Source: the human T2T-CHM13v2.0 reference genome, Homo sapiens. Taken from it: a stretch of 64,000 nt of DNA. The notes below the pieces were generated by a model. The model was not told where the DNA came from, searched no databases, and saw only the letters and a program-made list of their open reading frames with translations. Shown one piece after another: positions 29,209 through 41,144 of this stretch. How positions within the stretch are numbered: the first letter of the stretch is position 1; each line of letters opens with the position of its first letter. Both the position numbers and the translations under genes were made by a program. The stretch lies in the NCBI RefSeq assembly GCF_009914755.1, contig NC_060925.1. The stretch is one strand, 5' to 3'.

Positions 29209-29298
29209 TCCTGGACGCACAATATCCAGCGAGAGAAAGAGTTTCTGCGGAAGCTGGTGAAAGCTCGCGTCATCACTGATCTAAGCAGTGGCATCTGA
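29209..29298 (+). CDS. ST3GAL3: ST3GAL3 last coding exon (SWTHNIQREKEFLRKLVKARVITDLSSGI*): sialylmotif VS
   Basis: cctttcag| acceptor; HxxxxE (VS) motif; TGA at 29296-29298. Confidence 0.96.
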   Translation, partial: SWTHNIQREKEFLRKLVKARVITDLSSGI

Positions 29299-30218
29299 GT
29301 GGGCCCAGCACATGGCCATAGAGGCCCAGGCACCACCAGGAGCAGCAGCCAGCACCACCTACACAGGAGTCTTCAGACCCAGAGAAGGACGGTGCCAAGG
29401 GCCCCAGGGGCAGCAAGGCCTTGGTGGAGCAGCCAGAGCTGTGCCTGCTCAGCAGCCAGTCTCAGAGACCAGCACTCAGCCTCATTCAGCATGGGTCCTT
29501 GATGCCAGAGGGCCAGCAGGCTCCTGGCTGTGCCCAGCAGGCCCAGCATGCAGGTGGTGGGACACTGGGCAGCAAGGCTGCTGCCGGAATCACTTCTCCA
29601 ATCAGTGTTTGGTGTATTATCATTTTGTGAATTTGGGTAGGGGGGAGGGTAGGGATAATTTATTTTTAAATAAGGTTGGAGATGTCAAGTTGGGTTCACT
29701 TGCCATGCAGGAAGAGGCCCACTAGAGGGCCCATCAGGCAGTGTTACCTGTTAGCTCCCTGTGGGGCAGGAGTGCCAGGACCAGCCTGTACCTTGCTGTG
29801 GGGCTACAGGATGGTGGGCAGGATCTCAAGCCAGCCCCCTCCAGCTCATGACACTGTTTGGCCTTTCTTGGGGAGAAGGCGGGGTATTCCCACTCACCAG
29901 CCCTAGCTGTCCCATGGGGAAACCCTGGAGCCATCCCTTCGGAGCCAACAAGACCGCCCCAGGGCTATAGCAGAAAGAACTTTAAAGCTCAGGAGGGTGA
30001 CGCCCAGCTCCGCCTGCTGGGAAGAGCTCCCCTCCACAGCTGCAGCTGATGCATAGGACTACCGCAGGCCCGGACTCACCAACTTGCCACATGTTCTAGG
30101 TTTCAGCAACAAGACTGCCAGGTGGTTGGGTTCTGCCTTTAGCCTGGACCAAAGGGAAGTGAGGCCCAAGGAGCTTACCCAAGCTGTGGCAGCCGTCCCA
30201 GGCCACCCCCATGGAAGC

Positions 30219-30224
30219 AATAAA
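30219..30224 (+). terminator. ST3GAL3: ST3GAL3 polyadenylation signal AATAAA
   Basis: AATAAA ~920 nt after the stop, followed by a T-rich downstream element (ctctttttgcctt). Confidence 0.85.
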
Positions 30225-31406
30225 GCTCTTCCCTGAGCCTGGCCTCTTTTTGCCTTCTCTGACTTTCCTGGAAGAAACAGGAACCTAAAGCCTTAGCAAC
30301 TATGCCAAACCCTCGGGCCCTCTCTCCAGTCCACAGAGTCCTGGGTCCCTTTCACTTCTTGTGTCAATGCAGGACCTAGGTAGCCATCCAGAGGCCTCTG
30401 GAGCATCTCCTGTATCCTCTTTGCTTTGAGACCAGAGGTTTCAGGGCACACTCTTAGAGGAGACAGAGGCACAGGACTGGAGCCCTAGGACATTGCCTTG
30501 GGGTGCCACAGCCCCACCTCTGGAAGGACAGATATTCCTGCAAGCACAGGAAAGATATACTGCTGAGCCCCTGCAGCAAGCAGAGGCTCACAGACCTACC
30601 CTACTACTGACACTCCCGTCCCTCTGGGAAGGACATGCCCCAGCCCCAATCATTAGCACAGAGGCACACCCTCTCCCTTCAGCCCTGCTCTAGGTATCCT
30701 CTGTCATACTTTAGAAAAGATATCACGTCGCCTTCTTAAGAGTCCTAGAGTCTGATCCCTCTCTTCCCCAGCATCCCCAGGCAGGCCTGAGAATGGACAG
30801 ACCAGACTGTCGCCTGCACTTGAGGCCATGAAGTGAGCTTTCTGTCACACACTGCCACTGTGGCAGGCAGTAAGTGGGGTGGCCGGCTCCTGCTCCTCTC
30901 TCCTGCCCACCCCAATCCAAGACTCCAGGCAGCCCTGGGCTGCCCTCCCACTGGTGAGCCCTAAGGCTGGAGTCCCGGCCATCCCAGGGACCAGCAGCCT
31001 CCCACATGCTCCTTCCCACTGTGGCCGGCCTTAGGCAGAAGCCTCCTGGGCTAGGGGGGTAAGGGAGGCCCTGACTGAGGGACAGGTCAACCCAGAAACC
31101 CCCTCCATTTCTACCGGAAATAAGGCCACTACCATGCACATGTTCCTGCCTGGATGGTGCCCCGTGGAGTTGTACAGGGCATAGGCTGAATGGCCATAAG
31201 TGGTGTCCCTGGCTGAAAAAGCCCCAAGGCAGGTGCCCCAACTGAGCAGCCGGTTGTGGGAGGTGACAGAGCAGACTGCTCCCTGCTTGGCCTCCTATCC
31301 CAGGGGGCTCCTGGCACGCCTGCAGCAGCCCCACCACCTCCAGCAGCAGTTCTCTGTGGTCTGACTTCTAGTCCTCACCACCGCGGAAAACTACTTTCAC
31401 ACCAGC

Positions 31407-31565
31407 TATGGTTCTGAGCCCTGGCCATGCACCAGAATCACCTGTGCAATTTGAAAACTGCACATGTCCACCCTGAAAGTCTGATTTGGGTCTGGGTTGA
31501 GGCCCGGATGTGGGTAGTTTTTAAAGGTCCCTAGTGGTTCAGAAGCATAGCCAGGGTACAGCTGG
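31407..31565. mobile_element. MER5-family DNA transposon fragment
   Basis: tggttctgagccctggc...cagaatcacctg...tctgatttgggtctggg...ttttaaaggtccctagtggttc. Confidence 0.6.
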
Positions 31566-32399
31566 TCCACACACATCCCCAGCACTCTCATCCCTGACCA
31601 CAGCTTCCAATTGCCAGTTGGTTGACAATTCCCAAATTGCCTTTGCCAGCGCAGCTCTCTCTGCTTCCTTCCAGGCTACAAATTCACCGGCTTCCTGAAC
31701 ATTTCCACTTGGATAATCCACAGGCCCTTCCAACTCAACATGTCCAACACCGAACTCATGAGCCCCTGCCTTTCCTCCCAGGAGCCGGGATGTACCCCTC
31801 CCCCAGGTCACCCCGCCAAAGGCACACTTTTGCAGGGTCTACCTACCTCCTCACCCTATCCAGTCAGGCACTAATGAATTTTCAAAATTGCGTGTTCCAG
31901 ATTGGGGCCTGGCAGCCCCACGCTCCCCTCATGCCCTGCATCAGACCTCATCCTCTTTCCACAGCAGCCTCCACCTTTCTCTCCAACCCCATCCTCTTTA
32001 CTACAGCCAGAGTCATCCACAAAAAATGCCTGTCTGATTACACCATTCTGCTCAAAACCCTCCCATGGTCCCCAGTGTTAGGATCTTTCCATCCATGTTA
32101 CTCACCCAGCCCTCAACCCACCTGCCAAATTGCCATAATTAGGCATCTGAAATGCTGCCCTCCAGCTACCTACTTCAAGACTCAGCTCAGATGTTCCTCC
32201 TCTGTGACCCCTGCCTTCAGCCCTCAGTACCCACTTCTGCCAACACTGCCCCTGCTGTGCCCCAGTGACTCCCGTGTTTGCAAGTGTGTCCGTACTCCAA
32301 GCCCTAAGCAGCACAGGAGGTGAGCTGTGGGGAGACTAGAGCAGAGTCAGATCCTGAAAGCTGCGCAGAGGCTAAGCAACCCAACAAGGCAGGTGAACT

Positions 32400-32962
32400 G
32401 GCCGCTGAGAGAAGAATCGGGTGGAGCAGAGAGCAGCTGCTGCAGGGCAGACAGCCGGACCCCCAAATCTGCACGTACCAGCAGTCAGCCGCCCCACGCA
32501 GGGACCGGCTTACCCCTCGCTCCCCGCCCTCACTCACTTTCTCCCGCCCTCGGCCCGGCCTCCCAGCTCTCTACTTCGCGTGTCTACAAACTCAACTCCC
32601 GGTTTCCGTGCCTCTCCACCGCTCGAGTTCTCTACTCTCCATATCCGAGGGGCCCCTCCCAGCATCTACCCCCCTCCCAACCTCGGGGGACCTAGCCAAG
32701 CTAGGGGGGACTGGATCCGACGGGTGGAGCAGCCAGGTGAGCCCCGAAAGGTGGGGCGGGGCAGGGGCGCTCCCAGCCCCACCCCGGGATCTGGTGACGC
32801 TGGGGCTGGAATTTGACACCGGACGGCTGCGGCGGCGGGCAGGAGGCTGCTGAGGGATGGAGTTGGGCCCGGCCCCCAGACAAGGCCCGGGGGCTCCGCC
32901 AGCAGCAGGTCCCTCGGGCCCCAGCCCTCGCTGCCACCCGGGCCTGGAGCCCCACACCCGAG
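32400..32962 (+). promoter_or_regulatory. ARTN: ARTN CpG-rich promoter and non-coding first exon (TSS not determinable from sequence)
   Basis: CpG enrichment, GC box GGGGCGGGG at ~32753, strong donor GAG|GTAAGC at 32963. Confidence 0.75.
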
Positions 32963-33188
32963 GTAAGCCAGCCCACTTGCCTGTTTCTGGTCCCAGCCCT
33001 GGATGGACGCTCTTGGGCTGGGGGAGAGGACAGGACCACCCCCCTCCTCTCCTTTCTTGCATCCTCCCTCTCTTGGGCCCTCGGCACAGTTCTCCGCCCC
33101 TCCCAGCCCCTCAGTCCCTCTTGTCGCTTGTTGGACTGTGCTGGCCTTGCCGGCCCACTGTAATGTGAGGCTCCCGCTGCCGCTACAG

Positions 33189-33337
33189 GGTGCAGACTGG
33201 CTGCCAAGGCCACACTTTTGGCTAAAAGAGGCACTGCCAGGTGTACAGTCCTGGGCATGCGCTGTTTGAGCTTCGGGGGAGAGCCCAGCACTGGTCCCCG
33301 GAAAGGTGCCTAGAAGAACAAGGTGCAGGACCCCGTG
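33189..33337 (+). other. ARTN: ARTN non-coding 5'UTR exon
   Basis: ctacag| acceptor and GTG|GTGAGT donor; consistent with recalled ARTN mRNA. Confidence 0.7.
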
Positions 33338-34733
33338 GTGAGTAGCAGGCTGGTGGATGGGGAGGCAAGGGCCAGAGAACCAAATGGCCCTAGACCACAA
33401 GGAGGTAGGAGGCAGGGCCTGAGCTGCCCTCAAGAGACCTGCTCCCGGGCTCCCCCTAGCGCAGAGGGCTCCTAAGGCTGCCCTGCCTGCCTTTCCCTCC
33501 ATCACGGACAACAGTCACTGGCCTGGCTCGGAGGCCTTGATTCCACTTAGCCAAGAGGCACACACCAGGACCTGGAGGACAACCCCGGGAAGGCCTGGGG
33601 GTCTGTTCCACAGGTGTGCAGGCATTCTGTGTGCTAAAGGATGGGGATGAGGGTGGTAGCTGGGACCCAAGAGGAGGCTGGCTAATGAGGACTTACGAAG
33701 GCTCTAGGGCCCCAAAAGGGTGTTTGGGAGTGCTAGCAGTGGGAGCTCAGGAAGGCTGGCTGGGATCAGGAACGATGGCTCAAGGGGGAAACTTCTAGGA
33801 GCATGACTAGGCTGCCAGATCCATAGGAGGCTGGGAGGGGGACAGACCTAGACCAGCTCCCAGGGTGGCTCAGCTCTCAGAGACCAGGCTGGTATGGAAG
33901 CCTAGCTGGCCCTCCTGGGAGTGGCTCAGGCCTGAGAGTAGCTGAGGGGATGGAAAAGCCCACCCTGCTTGGAATCTGCAGGCTTGGCAGACTCTGCCCC
34001 CTTGTGGCCACAGGAAGCCATGACCCAGGCCCCATGTTTTCAGAGGGCCCATTAGCTCCCACCATCCCCCGGCTCTGTGGTCATCGAGGGACACCTATAG
34101 TCAGAGGAGAGAACTCAGGTGGCTCTGGGTCCAGAACACAGTTCACAGAGGGGCGAGGTGAAGCAGCTCTGGGTGGGCAGCACAGGCTGAGGCTTGGGGC
34201 TCACTATCATTAGATAACTCTTAGAGTGACCAGCTAGCACCCTAATTCTTCTCCAGCCCTCAGCTTCCTCTCCGGCAGCCTGGGGTGAAGGCCTCTGTAG
34301 GACCAAGTGTGTCCAGCTATAACTCCTTCCAGCCACTTCTGGCATCTCCAGACCTACAACGCAGAGCAGGAAGGTTCTGGGAAAAGAGGACCCCTCTCTC
34401 CCCTCCAGCTGTGTGACCTTGTAACCTTAGACAACCTCTGAGCTTCTCTGAGCCTTGTTTGCTCATCTGGAAAAAGGGGATTAAACCATTTACCTCATGG
34501 AGTTGTGAAAGAATAGCTGCAAAGCACCTAACACATAGTAAGGTTCCCAGTGCAGCTACTTCTGCTGGGTTGAGTCTAGCTGTGTAGGCCCCTTGTTCCT
34601 CACCTGGAGAAACTGGGGTGGCAGGCCGGTCCCCCACAAAAGATAACTCATCTCTTAATTTGCAAGCTGCCTCAACAGGAGGGTGGGGGAACAGCTCAAC
34701 AATGGCTGATGGGCGCTCCTGGTGTTGATAGAG

Positions 34734-34793
34734 ATGGAACTTGGACTTGGAGGCCTCTCCACGCTGTCCCACTGCCCCTGGCCTAGGCGGCAG
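34734..34793 (+). CDS. ARTN: Artemin first coding exon (MELGLGGLSTLSHCPWPRRQ); exon begins ~34667 or 34679
   Basis: GAGATGG Kozak context; CAG|GTGAGT donor; recognised ARTN N-terminus. Confidence 0.95.
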
Positions 34794-35169
34794 GTGAGTG
34801 GTTCTCCCAGTGACTCCTACCTGGTACTGAGGAAAGGCGGCTTGACTGGTGAGGGAGAGCAGGGCTTGGCTTGGGCAGCGGTTAGGTGTGGGAGGGAAAA
34901 TGGTCAGGGAGGGACCAGGTGAATGGGAGGAGGAGCGGGACTTCTCTGAATGGTCGGTGCACTCAGGTGATTCCTCCCCTGGGCTCCCAGAGGCAGCAAA
35001 CCCATTATACTGGAACCTAGGCCCTTCCTGAGTTTCCCCTCCACACAGCTAGGAGCCCATGCCCGGCCTGATCTCAGCCCGAGGACAGCCCCTCCTTGAG
35101 GTCCTTCCTCCCCAAGCCCACCTGGGTGCCCTCTTTCTCCCTGAGGCTCCACTTGGTCTCTCCGCGCAG

Positions 35170-35308
35170 CCTGCCCTGTGGCCCACCCTGGCCGCTCTGG
35201 CTCTGCTGAGCAGCGTCGCAGAGGCCTCCCTGGGCTCCGCGCCCCGCAGCCCTGCCCCCCGCGAAGGCCCCCCGCCTGTCCTGGCGTCCCCCGCCGGCCA
35301 CCTGCCGG
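35170..35308 (+). CDS. ARTN: Artemin second coding exon (signal peptide core PALWPTLAALALLSSVAEA plus pro-region). Alternative acceptor at 35146 (+APLGLSAQ) and alternative ATG at 35059 (MPGLISARG...)
   Basis: gcgcag| and ctgag| acceptors are both in frame; donor G|GTAGGT is phase 1. Confidence 0.94.
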
Positions 35309-35378
35309 GTAGGTGAGAGGGCGAGGGGGCGGGGCGGGGCTGGCCCGGGACACCGCGCGTGACTGGGTCTCATTCCAG

Positions 35379-35842
35379 GGGGACGCACGGCCCGCTGGTG
35401 CAGTGGAAGAGCCCGGCGGCCGCCGCCGCAGCCTTCTCGGCCCGCGCCCCCGCCGCCTGCACCCCCATCTGCTCTTCCCCGCGGGGGCCGCGCGGCGCGG
35501 GCTGGGGGCCCGGGCAGCCGCGCTCGGGCAGCGGGGGCGCGGGGCTGCCGCCTGCGCTCGCAGCTGGTGCCGGTGCGCGCGCTCGGCCTGGGCCACCGCT
35601 CCGACGAGCTGGTGCGTTTCCGCTTCTGCAGCGGCTCCTGCCGCCGCGCGCGCTCTCCACACGACCTCAGCCTGGCCAGCCTACTGGGCGCCGGGGCCCT
35701 GCGACCGCCCCCGGGCTCCCGGCCCGTCAGCCAGCCCTGCTGCCGACCCACGCGCTACGAAGCGGTCTCCTTCATGGACGTCAACAGCACCTGGAGAACC
35801 GTGGACCGCCTCTCCGCCACCGCCTGCGGCTGCCTGGGCTGA
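35379..35842 (+). CDS. ARTN: Artemin last coding exon: furin site RAAR and 113-aa mature cystine-knot GDNF-family domain (35501-35839)
   Basis: cattccag| acceptor; LGLG, FRFCSGSC, QPCCRP and CGC motifs; 60+139+464 nt = 220 aa plus stop. Confidence 0.98.
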
Positions 35843-36289
35843 GGGCTCGCTCCAGGGCTTTGCAGACTGGACCCTTACCGGTGGCTCTTCCTGCCTGGGA
35901 CCCTCCCGCAGAGTCCCACTAGCCAGCGGCCTCAGCCAGGGACGAAGGCCTCAAAGCTGAGAGGCCCCTACCGGTGGGTGATGGATATCATCCCCGAACA
36001 GGTGAAGGGACAACTGACTAGCAGCCCCAGAGCCCTCACCCTGCGGATCCCAGCCTAAAAGACACCAGAGACCTCAGCTATGGAGCCCTTCGGACCCACT
36101 TCTCACAGACTCTGGCACTGGCCAGGCCTCGAACCTGGGACCCCTCCTCTGATGAACACTACAGTGGCTGAGGCATCAGCCCCCGCCCAGGCCCTGTAGG
36201 GACAGCATTTGAAGGACACATATTGCAGTTGCTTGGTTGAAAGTGCCTGTGCTGGAACTGGCCTGTACTCACTCATGGGAGCTGGCCCC

Positions 36290-36317
36290 TATTTATTATT
36301 TCTAAGTTATTTATTTA
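36290..36317 (+). promoter_or_regulatory. ARTN: AU-rich element cluster downstream of the ARTN stop
   Basis: TATTTATTATTT...TTATTTATTTA (overlapping ATTTA pentamers). Confidence 0.6.
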
Positions 36318-38319
36318 CTTCTGTGGCTTGTCAGATCCTTTCCTGGGCAGCAGGGGGTTGGGAAGAAGAGGCTGGATGGAGATCATGCCTTGCTGATCGC
36401 ACTCACACACCTCAGGCTGACTCAGCAATCACAGACCTGGCCTGGATCTTCGGCCCCCACCCAGCAGCTCCGGGATGGGAGGCATGGAACACAGGCAGGG
36501 GCAGGGCGGGCAGCAAGGGTGCAGTCACTAGTCCTGGCAGGCTGCTCACTTGGGCCTGGGCTTACCTCTGGGGAAAGAGACTACAGAGGCTTCTGTGGAG
36601 AAAGCCCTGTCTCTGTGACCTCTGGCATCTTTGTGGCCCCCGCTTAGTGGGTAAAGACACAGAGAAGCACCCATTGCCCCACCCCACTGTCATTGATCAG
36701 TGTCTTACCATCCAGGGAATTGTCTTGAGGGTGCCTTGTCAGATATACACATGCCTCTGCTTGCAGACAGGCCAGCATGGTTAACTCACTATCCACATTC
36801 CATGAAGCAGCCCAGGGCATGAGGGCATCTGAAAAAAACCGAGGGTTGGTAGAGGGTGCGGTGGGGTGCTGGCTCCGGTGAGCAAAGCACAGATCTCCAT
36901 GTGGATAAGGAGGCAGGAAAAGATAAGGGCCCCAGCAGGATCTGCATCTTGGGTGATGAACAAGGATATTCATTAATTCAAACAAATATTTATTAAGCAC
37001 CTATTATATGTCAGATACTGATTATATGACAGATGCCAAGGATACAGAAGTGAAACAGACATGATCCCTGCCCTTGAGAAGCTTCAACCAGGAGAGACAG
37101 ACAATAAGTAAGCAATTACAGTAATAATTATTTAAATTCAATTTGGCAAATGGTACGAAAAGGACAGGAAGCTAAGAAGTCCACACCTTCGTGGGGAAGA
37201 AAGGAGAAGTTACTGCTGACTCTGGCCTCTCATACCACCCCCAAGTCACCTCCAAAAGGCCAGGGCTATCCCTAAGCTTTTCTGGATATCCTTTCAAACC
37301 TTGTTTCCCATGTCCTATGCATTTGTATTGGGGAGGCCTCTATGATTTTTCTTTTTTGGAAATGAGATGGGGGCATGGATTTGGAAAGGATGCTAAGTCT
37401 GAGGAACTGTGGGACATCCAGAGGGGTTGTCAGGAGGCAGTGGGATCTGCTGGTCTAGAGCTGCCGAGGGAGGTCTGGGCTGGATTGATGTGACAGCTGT
37501 CAGCACAGAGGCAGGAGCTGCAGCCGGGGGTGAATGAGAGTACCATGAGAGATGGAGAGGGTCGAGGGCGAGATCCCTCAGGCATTTGACGCTGCTGAGA
37601 GAAATTCCTTCCAATCCGCCTGTGTGCCTTCCTGCTTTGGCACAGATGCCCCCTTCACCCAGGCTAGAGTGAGGAGCTGGCAAGAGCTCTCTGAAGGCTG
37701 TGCCCATTCTGGGTCAAGGAGGAGAAACGTGTGTGTGCTCCCACTCTTCTGCATTCACTGCCCCAGTTCTAGATGCTCCAAAAATTTCGATGCCTTTGCT
37801 CCCTTCAAACACCCTGTTGGCCCCTCTCTGCCTCCAAACGGATTCGGGATCCTTAGTTCCACCTTCCCTCCTGCAAAGAAAATGGCCCCAGGGCCATACA
37901 GTTTACAGAGGGCTGGCTGCAGGCAGAGAAGGACATTCTGTCAATTCCAGGGTTATTGGGGCCAGGCAGCCCCCTGCTAGTGAGACTTTAAAGCCTAGCC
38001 TAGTCCCCAAACCCTGCCACTCAGTAGACACGGCTGCTCCAGAGCCAGTAAAGGAGACTGACTGAAGCCATCTCTGACAATGCTCACAGTGAGAGGGCCA
38101 CAGCCCAAGCCAAAGGTGCTGGCTGTCAACATTCCCCAGGCTGCCAGCTTTTGAGGGAACAGGGCTCACCCCAGCTGGAGGCTGCATTCTGGGCCCCAGA
38201 CAGCTTGTGCTCAACATCTCAGAGTCCGGAACAAGACAGCAACAGCTCCAAGAACACATTCCCATATGAATTAGCCTCAGTTTGCAACTCAGGACAACCC
38301 AAATCAAAAGGAAGACAGT

Positions 38320-38472
38320 GAAGGAGGGAAGGAGGGGAGGGAAGGAAGGAGGGGAGGGAGGGAGGGAGGGGAGGGAGGGAAGGAGGGGAGGGAGGGAAGG
38401 AGGGGAGGGAGGGAGAGAGGGAAGGAAGGAAGGGGAAAGAGAGAGAGAAAGCAAGAAGCAAGCAAGAAAGAA
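38320..38472. repeat. Purine-only (GGGA/GGAA) simple repeat
   Basis: G/A-only run read directly. Confidence 0.93.
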
Positions 38473-39496
38473 AAGGTTGTTTTCCCCAAAGGAAACAGGC
38501 TGCAGAGCTGTACCTCTGTTTACCACATAGTAGCTATAACCTGTCACCAGGTGGCACATTGTAGCTCCTGGGGCCACAGGTGACTCTGGTCAATACTAAA
38601 GCCAAAGGCCATTTAGTCCTTTGAAGTCTCAGAAGCATTCGATAGTGTCAGTCCTCCTTGAAAACCTGTCTTCCCGTGACTCTCTTGGTCCAATACTCTC
38701 CGGGTTCTCCTTCCACTCCTCCAGAGGCTTGTTCTCAGACGACTTCCGAGTTCCTCTTCCTCTCTCTGCCTCTCATGTTCCTCAGAGCTCTGATACCGAC
38801 TCTCTCTCCTCTTCCCATTCTACTCTCTCCCTGAGCAGCACTGTCTACTCCCGTGGTTTCAGTTACCACCTCCATGCTAACCATGCTCACATTTTATCTC
38901 CAGCCTAGAACATTCACCTGAGCCCCAAGTCTGTAATTCCAATACCTCTATCTGTATATCCTGGGAGACACCAAGCTTAACATATCCATACTGGATGTCT
39001 TCCGTTTCCTCCTTCAGATCTGCTGTCCACCCTTCTCCAGCCTGCTCTGCTCCTCACATCAATGAGCTTCCCTGCTGTCCAGCTTCCAGACCCTCCCCAG
39101 TGTTCCCTGCTCAGTGAGTGCACCAACCTCATCCAGTGACACAGCCAGAAACTTGGGCAATCTCCTAGGCTCCTTAAGCTCTGTCATGTCCCTTAAGCAT
39201 TGGTCACCAAATCCTTAGATCCTGCAGATCCATCCCCTTTCCCTATCCCCAGTGCTATTCTGCTGAAGCCTTCATAATTTTTTGGATGGTTTATTCCTCA
39301 TCCTCCTACCTGGTCTCACTGTCTCCAGTCACAACTCCCTCCAACCATTCTCAGCGCTGCAGCCAGATAAGTTGCCTTCTCTTCATATTAACCGAGCATG
39401 AACTGTCGTGCACTGGGCTAGTTTCAGGGATTCAGAGACCAGTGAGAAACATGTTTTGCCATCAAGGAAACTATACTTGGAGATGGAAGTAGGGGT

Positions 39497-41144
<1,648 letters not shown>

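Noticed and set aside
32320-33511. Overlapping 120-280 aa ORFs on both strands at the ARTN promoter
   Set aside because: Expected in GC-rich DNA; no recognisable domains.
34904-35751. Antisense ORFs of 252 and 225 aa over the ARTN coding exons
   Set aside because: Shadow ORFs of a very GC-rich CDS with non-ATG or weak starts.
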